A DNA stretch of 64,000 bases from Octopus vulgaris (taxonomy: Eukaryota): assembly GCA_951406725.2 (NCBI GenBank), contig OX597814.1, positions 14,260,001 to 14,324,000 on the forward strand, read 5' to 3'. This document shows positions 1 to 10,399 of the stretch, one piece after another. The notes beneath the pieces were generated by a model that was not told the origin of the DNA, did no database searches, and saw only the letters and a program-made list of their open reading frames with translations. Position numbers and translations under genes: made by a program. Numbering within the stretch: position 1 is the first letter of the stretch; each line of letters begins with the position of its first letter.

Positions 1-12
1 TCGGTTTTTGTA

Positions 13-300
13 GTGCGTGCGTGTGTATGCATGTATGTGTATATGTATGTATGCATGTATGTGTGTGTGTGTATGTATCTATGTATGTGTGTGTGTGTAT
101 GTATGTGTATGTGTGTATCTGTGTGTATGTATGTGTGAGTGTGCATGTATGTATGTACCTTTGTCTGTTTATGTAACGGTCTGCTATGTAGAAATGAGGT
201 TGACTCAATGGAAATGCATACATACACACACACATACATACACACACATACACACATACATACACATACATACACACACACACATACATAGATGCAGACA
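13..300. repeat. Compound (TG/TA)n and (CA/TA)n microsatellite
   Basis: Directly visible dinucleotide runs; the ORF 17..370 is their translation. Confidence 0.95.
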
Positions 301-1057
301 TATGTTAAAAGTGCTGGCAAGTTTGCATGACAACTATTTTTTTCCCTCAAATGAAAGGCGTGACCTCTAGGACAAAATTCCTCATCTTATAAAATGTGGC
401 CCCAGTACACCCGAATGAAATCACGTTATATTAACCAAAATGTGAAAAGAGATATAAATGGGGCTGGAAGGGATTAAAATTTAAAGGAACGGGTGTTTAG
501 GAATTCTCTGTTACATCAAGCTAAAAAATTTGCGCCAGCCTTTTAATCGTCAATGTGTTGCCGTCCATGATGAAGAAGTTTTGAATGCTTGCCATGGTGA
601 GTCTACTGTTGTGAAAAAGAATCACTTCAAAACTTGGTGTTTAGGGATTTTCTTTTACATCAAGTTCAAGATTTTACGCCAGCCGTTAAACTGTCAAAAC
701 GTTGCTGTCCGTCGTTAAGAAATGCCAGCCATGCTGACTCTACTACCTTCAGATTCTATCCCTTCAAACTATGGTTTCCAATATTTTATTATTTTTATTC
801 AGCTCGCAAGTTCGTCTGTCCCTTTTAAATGTTAGTGTTTTGCTGTCTGCCTTGAAGCAGACCTTTCCGTTGTTACTGCCTGATATTTATGATTGATCTT
901 TCTAAATATTTTATTTCTCAACTTACTCAAGATATTTTGTTGTTTATAAATGGGAGAGAGATAGATAAAGATAGAGAGTAAGAGAAAGCGAGGGAGAGTC
1001 CGAGAGAAAGGAAGAGTAAGAGAGTGGGGAAAGTGAGAGAGAAACAAAGAGGGAGAA

Positions 1058-1370
1058 TCATCATCATCATCATCATCGTTTAACGTCCGTTTTCCGTGCT
1101 AGCACGGGTTGGACAGTTTGACCAGGGTCTGGGAAGCCAGGAGGCTGCACCAGGCTCCAGTCTGATCTGGCAGTGTTTCTACAGGTGGATGCCCTTCCTA
1201 ACGCCAACCACTCTGTGAGCGTAGTGGGTGCATTATTCGTGCCGCCGGCACAGGTGCCAGGGGGGCTGGCAATGGCCACGATCGATTAGTGCTTTTTACG
1301 TGTCACTGGCACAGAAGCCAGTCAAGGCGGCGCTGCAATCCGCCACGTTCGGATGGTACTTTTTACGTGC
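1058..1370 (-). mobile_element. SINE-like retroposon 3' part with (GAT)n tail
   Basis: Minus strand reads ggttggcgttaggaagggcatcc...aaaacggacgttaaacgatgatgatga, a motif typical of RTE-associated retroposons. Internal ~60-70 bp subrepeats (gtgctttttacgtg-like) at ~1228, ~1290 and ~1357. Confidence 0.7.
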
Positions 1371-1406
1371 TGAAAGGAAACAACAGAAAGTAACAACCAC
1401 ACTCTT

Positions 1407-1438
1407 ACCCGCGCGTAGTGCGGGTCACCTTCAACTAG
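1407..1438 (+). mobile_element. Helitron-type 3' terminus (hairpin + CTAG)
   Basis: Hairpin acccgc-gcgtagt-gcgggt, then 9 nt, then CTAG followed by T; 5' end not located. Confidence 0.5.
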
Positions 1439-1818
1439 TATATATATATAAACATAAATATAGGTATATAAATATACACATATACAGATATATGCCTACA
1501 TACATATATTTATATATATATATATATATATTTCAACAATTGAGGGTAAAATTAATTAATTATTAATCAATTTCACCAAGTGTTCAGTATGCAAAGGGAC
1601 CATTTAAGGCGAATTCAAATTATTACATTATATAAAAGGGCTTAGTAAAATAAATTACTTCGCCGCATACTGAACTCATTAGAAATAGCAGCTAAAAAAC
1701 TTTTTTTAAAGCTATTTCTAATACTTAAAGAAAATCTCTCTCATATATAGCGTTTGCCTAATTCAACTCACAAAAGTTTGGGGGTAAGGACATTAAAAAA
1801 TCAAATGCTAAGGTTATT

Positions 1819-1870
1819 TGAGTACGTACGTTTCAAGATTAGTTAAAACAACACTTCTTTCTTCAGCTCA
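1819..1870 (-). ncRNA. Type I hammerhead ribozyme motif, copy 1
   Basis: Minus strand: UGAG-CUGAAGA-AAGA..UCUU-GAAA-C-GUAC-G-UA-CUCA; complete core, stems I-III, GUA cleavage triplet. Confidence 0.8.
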
Positions 1871-2363
1871 GAAATTCCTTGGTTTGGATTTGGAAGCACT
1901 GAAAGTAAGAGCATACCCTTTCGAAGATTCGCTCGTTACTAACAGTGCCAACAAACCCAAAATAAGCAAGTGAAGAATTTCTGTTCTCCCCTTTCCACCA
2001 GCGTGGGTTAAAATCATCAAACGCTATGCTTATTTCGGTAAAATCCGAAGCATTAATTAGAGGGAGATTAATTATAATTTCAACAATTGAGGGTAAAATT
2101 AATTAATTATTAATCAATTTCACCAAGTGTTCAGTATGCAAAGGGACCATTTAAGGCGAATTCAAATTATTACATTATATAAAAGGGCTTAGTAAAATAA
2201 ATTACTTCGCCGCATACTGAACTCATTAGAAATAGCAGCTAAAAAACTTTTTTTAAAGCTATTTCTAATACTTAAAGAAAATCTCTCATATATAGCGTTT
2301 GCCTAATTCAACTCACAAAAGTTTGGGGGTAAGGACATTAAAAAATCAAATGCTAAGGTTATT

Positions 2364-2415
2364 TGAGAACGTACGTTTCAAGATTAGTTAAAACAACACT
2401 TCTTTCTTCAGCTCA
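2364..2415 (-). ncRNA. Type I hammerhead ribozyme motif, copy 2 (GUU triplet)
   Basis: Same fold as copy 1, but reads GAAACGUACGUU-CUCA. Confidence 0.75.
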
Positions 2416-2620
2416 GAAATTCCTTGGTTTGGATTTGGAAGCACTGAAAGTAAGAACATACCCTTTCGAAGATTCGCTCGTTACTAACAGTGCCAACAAA
2501 CCCAAAATAAGCAAGTGAAGAATTTCTGTTCTCCCCTTTCCACCAGCGTGGGTTAAAATCATCAAACGCTATGCTTATTTCGGTAAAATCCGAAGCATTA
2601 ATTAGAGGGAGATTAATTTC

Positions 2621-2672
2621 TGAGCTGAAGAAAGAAGTGTTGTTTTAACTAATCTTGAAACGTACGTACTCA
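2621..2672 (+). ncRNA. Type I hammerhead ribozyme motif, copy 3
   Basis: tgag 2621-24, CTGAAGA 2625-31, stem II aaga 2632-35/tctt 2653-56, GAAA 2657-60, cgtacg 2661-66, TA 2667-68, ctca 2669-72. Confidence 0.8.
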
Positions 2673-3166
2673 AATAACCTTAGCATTTGATTTTTTAATG
2701 TCCTTACCCCCAAACTTTTGTGAGTTGAATTAGGCAAACGCTATATATGAGAGAGATTTTCTTTAAGTATTAGAAATAGCTTTAAAAAAGTTTTTTAGCT
2801 GCTATTTCTAATGAGTTCAGTATGCGGCGAAGTAATTTATTTTACTAAGCCCTTTTATATAATGTAATAATTTGAATTCGCCTTAAATGGTCCCTTTGCA
2901 TACTGAACACTTGGTGAAATTGATTAATAATTAATTAATTTTACCCTCAATTGTTGAAATTATAATTAATCTCCCTCTAATTAATGCTTCGGATTTTACC
3001 GAAATAAGCATAGCGTTTGATGATTTTAACCCACGCTGGTGGAAAGGGGAGAACAGAAATTCTTCACTTGCTTATTTTGGGTTTGTTGGCACTGTTAGTA
3101 ACGAGCGAATCTTCGAAAGGGTATGTTCTTACTTTCAGTGCTTCCAAATCCAAACCAAGGAATTTC

Positions 3167-3218
3167 TGAGCTGAAGAAAGAAGTGTTGTTTTAACTAATC
3201 TTGAAACGTACGTACTCA
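3167..3218 (+). ncRNA. Type I hammerhead ribozyme motif, copy 4
   Basis: Identical to copy 3, 546 nt downstream. Confidence 0.8.
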
Positions 3219-3409
3219 AATAACCTTAGCATTTGATTTTTTAATGTCCTTACCCCCAAACTTTTGTGAGTTGAATTAGGCAAACGCTATATATGAGAGA
3301 GATTTTCTTTAAGTATTAGAAATAGCTTTAAAAAGTTTTTTAGCTGCTATTTCTAATGAGTTCAGTATGCGGCGAAGTAATTTATTTTACTAAGCCCTTT
3401 TATATAATG

Positions 3410-3445
<36 letters not shown>

Positions 3446-3714
3446 ACTTTTTGATTCTTTAAAATATTTCAGCTCAATGAGGGAGTTACACGCTGCTTTC
3501 CTCATCTGTGTTTCCTGCCCTGAGGTAGGCTCGTGTAGATGCCTTGATAGGAAGAGATCCAGTTTTGTTTTTTCAGTGTTTACAAATAACACGGAAACAA
3601 AAAAATAACCAGTAACCAGGGTAGCAAAAATTCACACAAGTAACAAGGATGAAACAACTTATTTATAAAGGTAGAAACTCCGAGTTATGGTGAAATGTTT
3701 CATATAATATATTA

Positions 3715-3905
3715 TAAATCATTGGAGTTGAATGCAGGTGTTATTCAAATTCTTTTACTTCCGACGTGTTTCGAAGACAACATTCGTATTATTCCAGAAG
3801 GAATAAAATGGTGTAAAACAATGCAATCTTCTCACCAGGAAAAGAAAGAAATGAAATACATCAATAAGACGTTTTAACAGAATGTGATGACTGCGTATAA
3901 TGATG
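3715..3905 (-). mobile_element. PLE pseudo-LTR-like repeat 'family B' with decayed hammerhead
   Basis: Minus strand CTGGTGA-gaaga...tcttc-GAAACACGTC-ggaag; similar to 5250-5440, 40730-40915 and 55232-55512. Confidence 0.6.
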
Positions 3906-4338
3906 AAGTGAACATTATTAAGTTTTTTTCTTTTTAAAGCCGTTAGTAGATATAACGTCAGGGAGAAGAAGGAAAAAATTCTCAGAAAACGAATAGTGGA
4001 GAAATATAGAGAGATGGGTGAATTGCAATGAAGCTTAAAAGTGCGGAATTAGATTTTATTTAGTGGAAGTGAAATGTAAGAAGAAAAGCAAAGGTCAAAT
4101 TATATAGAATGGTAGATATTACGTATAGGAATATGTTTCTGCCAATATTTACAATGATAAACGCATTCCATAAACGTGTTTACAAGTGGATTCTTTGAGA
4201 ATAGGATACCAAACATTTCGCTGTTACAACGCGAGCAGACATTTTTATATTTATCATACGGTAAAGAAACGGAGAATCTATTTCATTTCCAATTAAATTG
4301 TTTGTTATAATCTTTAAGATACCAGATTTATTTATCTA

Positions 4339-4402
<64 letters not shown>

Positions 4403-5175
4403 TATATAAATAAATCTGGTATCTTAAAGATCATAATATATTTTTATATATATATGTGCATATATATGAATAAATATATGTATATATATATATGTGTGTG
4501 TATATATATTTATGTATATATGTATATATGAATATATTTATATATGTGTATATATATATACGTGTATATATGTGTGTCTGTATATGTATACGTATATATA
4601 TATATATACATACAATTATATTTATATGCATATACATATATGTACATGTATATATGTGTACATATGTATATATATTTATATATACACATATATGTATATA
4701 TGTATGTAGATGTACGTGAGAGCAAGAGCGGGAGAGAGAGTGAAAGATATTCAGGAAGGTCCAGTGCCCAGTTTTCCGATTGAATGCTACACTAATCTGC
4801 AGACTGAATGACTTTGTATTTTACTGAAGATCCCACCCATATTTTAGAGGAAAAATCTAATACTATAATAGATTAACGACCAAAGGCGTATAGATTCCAC
4901 AAAACATGGCCTCAGAAATCTAAGCGGCGCTGTCAGGGTTATGCTTCAAGAGCAACTGGAAAATTATTTTATCTAATATACTCCATGAACCTATCACAGC
5001 AAGGAATGCATCGAAGTTCAGACTTGTACAACTCACAACTTCATCAAAACCGATTCTGGAGTCAAGATCGGGAAGTGAGTCTAAAATGAACTGGCTTTAG
5101 GGCTGGTTGCGGTACCCCAGTATTTACACATACACTGGTTGAGACAGATTGTAGAATAATAACATATAATATAGT

Positions 5176-5233
<58 letters not shown>

Positions 5234-5249
5234 TATATATATATTTCGA

Positions 5250-5440
5250 TGGGTGAATATATCATGTAGGCAGTCATCGTAATTGTTATAATGTCCTGTT
5301 GTTGAGAGAGGCTCTCTTTCTTACCTAATGAGAAGATTGCATCTTACACCTTTTATTCCTTTTGAATAAAACCGTGTTGTTTTCGAAACATATGTCGAAA
5401 GTAAAGGAATTTTATTAACATCTTCGTTCAACGCCATTTA
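5250..5440 (+). mobile_element. Family B repeat with decayed hammerhead
   Basis: CTAATGA 5325-31 ... GAAA-CATATG-TC 5385-96; shares taggcagtcatc and aaaggaatttt blocks with 40730-40915. Confidence 0.6.
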
Positions 5441-6109
5441 TTTATTTATTTATTTATTTATTCATATATATATATATGTATGTATATATATATATATATA
5501 TATTTTACATTTTACTATATATATAATATTTGAGCGTATGTATGTATATATTTCAAAGATATTATATATCTGTGTATGTATATAAGCATAATGTTGCATA
5601 CATCAATTCAATTATGCATCATGAATGTATGAATATATGTAGGTATACTTTAATGTTTGTAGAAGAAGAATACGTTGTTTCTTTAGAGAGATTTGCAATC
5701 TTTATCTACAGTATGCATTTTCAATTTCAATAAATTCATTTATATATTTTTTTTGTTTCTCCTTCTAATGCCCTTTTCAATCAGGCAAGTGAACGCGTTT
5801 TGTCGAATTCCTTAGAGGATCCATAAAGAATACATACACACACACGCACACACACACACATACACACACACACATATATATATATACAAAAACATACATG
5901 TATATATACATATGTATATACATATATATATACATATGTATGTATATATATATATATATGTATATATATATTATATATTTTATATTTCTTATACATTTTT
6001 TAATTAATTTTATTTCTATTTATTGGCTTATGATTTTCACTAGATATGCCTAGTAGTGGTTTTATCTCTAATTTAATATAATATAATAATATTAATATAA
6101 TTTAATATA

Positions 6110-6895
6110 TATATAGAAGGCTGAAGGGTAACACGCAATGTGATATGGTTTAAGCTCGTGCATAAACCATCAAGATCTCTGTACTCACGAACTATTCCTT
6201 GAAATTCACAATTACCTACCTACCAAGCATTCACTAAGGAATAGAGAGATACAGACAGGCAGGCAGATAGACCGCAAGACTGACTGACTTACTATCGGAA
6301 GTATATGGAAATATTTACAAAACATTTCATTTCTGTTTCTCCAATTCAATTACTTATTTTACTCTTAGATGAAGAAGCCTAAATGACGGGAACGGGTGCT
6401 AAAATGTAGTTCATGATAAAATTATTTTAGCATTTACTACCTTGTCTGCTTTCGTTATACACGCACACACACAGACACACACATATATATATATGTGTGT
6501 GTGTGTGTATATATACATATACATATATATACATATACATATATACACATATATACTTATATATCTTATATATACATATATATATATATATATACTTACA
6601 TATATACTTATATATGTAGAAGGTAGAATGGTAATACACAAGTTGCCATGGTTTAAGCAGGTGTTTAAACTATCAATTCTCTTTACTCATAAACTATTCC
6701 TTCAAATTTACTACTACCTACCTACCTACCTACCCAACATCCACAAAGGGAGACAGACAAACGAACAGACAGATAGACAGATAGATTATCTGAAGACTAT
6801 GGGAGTATTTACAAAACATTTCACTTCATGTTTTTTCTCCAATTCAAAACTAAAATGTACTTCATGAAAGAATTATCTTAGCATTTTCTACTATG
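6110..6895 (+). repeat. Diverged tandem duplication (~6110-6440 vs ~6615-6895) separated by a microsatellite
   Basis: Colinear shared blocks: atggtttaagc, aactattcctt, tatttacaaaacatttca, tctccaattcaa, ctaaaatgta.ttcatga. Confidence 0.75.
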
Positions 6896-6929
6896 TATTT
6901 TTCTTATACATACATACATACCTACATAC

Positions 6930-7088
<159 letters not shown>

Positions 7089-7104
7089 TATACATATATT
7101 TTTT

Positions 7105-9250
7105 CATTTACCGAGACCTATTTCCCATGGGTGGATGTAGCCACAACATGACACGTACCAGGCATTCCATTCATTTTTCCAGCTCAAAGAAGCTAGCCCC
7201 GTCTTATGCTTGGAGCATGGCATAGAAAGCAACCCCCAATATCAGCAGCGGGGCCCGACATGATTTGCTAGTTTACCCCCGCCGCATCATGCTGGTTCCG
7301 TACTCCTTCTACCAACATCAATACACTCATCCGTCTACAAACAATTCCCAAGCTTTCCTATCATTAATAAACGCTGTTACCTCTCTTACTGCAACATCTC
7401 AAAACCATCAAAGCTTTCCTCACTCCATCCATCCACTCAAACCGATGTTTGCCTCTGGGCCTGCTGCCTACCACTTCTGACTTCGTCACCCTCTTTACCA
7501 TCCGCTCCTCAACAATTATCATCTCCATGTGACCAAACCACCTCAAAATTCGTCTATCCATTCTGGTACATGGATTTTCTCTCATTCGTGCACGCCTTTG
7601 CACCCCTTCATTCTTCATCCTATTCATTCCTGTCACACCAACCATAGCCCTCAAACATCTCATCTCAAACACATCTAGTTTTCTGGTTTCCGCCTCTCTC
7701 AGCGCCACGTCTCTACACCATATAACATTGTCGGCACAATGCCGCCCTCAGACACGCGTCTTTTCGCTTCCATACTCAACCTTTTACCTCTCAGTATACG
7801 TTTCACAACCCCAAGTATCTTACTCCCCTCCCTCACTTTCTATCTCACCTCCTCAGCCAACCGCCCATCCGCCGTCACATGTAATCCCAGATACTTAACA
7901 CTCACCTCCTCTAACATCTCACCATTTATACTCACAGTTATCCAACCAGCCATACCATCTCTCGAACGCCTCATCACCTTACTCTTAGCTACATTCACTT
8001 TCAGTTTCCTCCTCTCACACACTCTTCCAAACTCTACCACCAGTCTTCTCAGTTACTCTTTCGTATCTGTTACAAATGCTCTATCATCAGCAAAAAACAA
8101 ATGACTCACCTGCCATTTCTCTCCATTTGCTCCCACGATTTGGGCTCCCCTACAAAGGGTTCTAGCATTCACCTCTCTCACCATACAATCCACATATAGA
8201 TTAAACAGCTACGGAGACATCACACGACCCTGCTTTAACCCCACCTTCACATCAAACCACTCACTTCACCACCCACCCCAACGCACGCCCCACTTTATCT
8301 ACAGAAACTCTGTACAGCTCTCAACACCTGCCACATTGCATCCCATTTCCACATGGTCATATACCTTCTCTAGATCCATAGAGGCCCAATATACATCCCT
8401 CTTTTTTGCCAAATTCTTTTCAAACGTATGCTTTACTACAAATATTTGATCTGCACATCCACTTCTACTCATAAAATCACACTGCTCCCCCCTAGTACAT
8501 TCTCTGTCTGGTTCCTCAACCTTACACCCAGGCTTGTCCCATACAGTTTACCAACCACATACAACAGACTTGTACCGCTAAAATTTCCACATCCACACTC
8601 ATCCCTTTTCCCCTTGTACAATGGCATTATATCGGCACTGAACCAGTCCTTTGGTACTCTTTCAGCCATATAACAAACATTCATAAACCTCACTAACCAT
8701 TCAATCGACGTTATTCCTCCTTTCTTTAGGCATTTCACTGTACACAATCTATACTTGGCACCTTCCCGTTAGCCACCTTCTGTAAAGATTCCCTCACCTC
8801 TTCCCTATAAATTGCACCGTAGTTCCATTTTCCATCGATAGACATTATCCTCTCTCCTCCTACGGTCACTGTACTTGCCTCCCTATCATCCTCCACATTT
8901 AACAGCTGAATAAAATACTCTGCCCATCTCCTTTGTACGTTCTCACTTCCTTCCAACAAATTTCCATTTGCACCATTCACCCTTTATTTTCTTCCTCTAA
9001 CCACCTTCCTTACCCTCTGTACCGATCTGACACTCACCCACTTTCAGCTCTCATTACATACACATCCACCAACCTTCTTACCACTCTCTTATCAATTAAT
9101 ACATAATCCATCAAAGTTTTATCCACTATTGTTCCTACCTCCACCCTCCACCGTGTGAACTTGTTTTCCTCCTACTTTTTAAAACGAATATCTCCCATTA
9201 CCAATTCCTGCACCATACACATTTCCAACAACCTTGCTCCACTCTCGTTG
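7105..9250 (-). mobile_element. RTE-clade non-LTR retrotransposon, 5'-truncated and frameshifted
   Basis: Colinear minus-strand fragments: endonuclease end (NESGARLLEMC...LMDYVLI), RRWAEYFIQLLNV, PKDWFSADIMPLYKGK, LKVNVAKSKVM, KYLG, KLDVFEMRCLR, LRWFGHME, RPRGK. Confidence 0.9.
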
Positions 9251-10078
9251 TAGTAGTCTACAGTATGCTGACAGGAGATGGAGCTTGGTTTCTTTTCAAT
9301 GTAGTTGTCCAGGTGTTCTTTGAACCTATCATTGGTGCTTCTAGAAGTATCACCGATATATGATTCTGGGATGATCGCACAAGCTCCTTCTTAGCACTTA
9401 ATCTAGTATACAGTGCTCTTCGTTTTGCAGTTCACATGTGGGTTTGCAGAATATACTGCACAATTATTCTGACACGTGATTCTACCAAATGGATATGATC
9501 TACTTAATACAGATTTGATAGAAGTACCTGTCTTTTCTACAACTTTCATCTTAAGGCCAGTTGTGTGCAGGATTTTTTTAAATACCTTACTTAATTCATT
9601 CTTAGGTGTAGCATCAACAAATATTACACTGTAAAACTTCTTGTTATCATACTAAGTATTGTTTTTATTTCTTTTGTTGGTGTCCCTCTCCAACCTATTC
9701 CAGAACTTGTTGCAGTATAGGGGGCATATACCGTTTTCGTCATCTCTTAGAATGCGTTGGAATCTTGTTTTCGCTCCTTTGTACACTCTGATTCGATCGT
9801 ACTGTGTATAATCGGAACAGTGCATTCGGAATATGTCGTGCTGGATGTATTGTTGTCGTTCTTGTAGTTGGCGTAGTGGGGATACATTCATCATTACTCT
9901 AACCAAATCTGCCACGAGGATGTTGATTTTGGCAGTACATGACATCGCCGAGTCACTAGGGTCACCAGTGGATTAGCCATATATTTACAATAGTGTGAGT
10001 GGAGTAAACAGGATTTGACAGTTCCGTTAATCATAGTATTTTCTATCCACAGCTCAGAATCTAGGACAGGTAATCCAT
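9250..10078 (-). mobile_element. Penelope-like element fragment (RT C-terminus and GIY-YIG endonuclease)
   Basis: Minus translations LPVLDSELWI, VIFVDATPKNEL, KVVEKTGTSIK, NCKTKSTVY*IKC...YIGDTSRSTNDRFKEH. Confidence 0.8.
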
Positions 10079-10399
10079 ACATACATGTTGAGATGCATGA
10101 TACTGAAATACATATATGTAGTTATATATAACCGTATGAGCGTACATAGATTGATGCGTTGATGCGTATGTACGTATGTGTAGATGTATGTGTGTGTGTA
10201 CGTGTGTGTATGTTTTGTGTATTGTGTATGTGAGTATATAAGTACGTACAATATGCACGTATAAGTATGTGTGTAGATATATGTATGTATTGTATATGTA
10301 TATGTGTGTAAAAAAGATTAAAAAAAGAAAACAAACAAATTTGAATTTTGACCGGTATCCACGAAAATAGTGTCATATTTATATATGTATAGATGGATA

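Larger units (their letters stand above)
1531..3416. mobile_element. Tandem plus inverted array of a ~546-bp hammerhead-containing unit (PLE pseudo-LTR/retrozyme-like; 'family A')
   Basis: Direct copies at 1531-2077 and 2078-~2617. The stretch ~2614-3414 is the reverse complement of ~1620-2422. Both ends abut (TA)n. Confidence 0.9.

Noticed and set aside
510-760. Two diverged ~145-bp direct repeats (ttacatcaag...gccagcc)
   Set aside because: Too degenerate to assign; probably an old transposon remnant
1180-1240. Twister ribozyme upstream of the RTE-type ggttggcgttaggaagggcatcc motif
   Set aside because: No twister core (taa...gccggtcccaagccc-like) visible at the expected position
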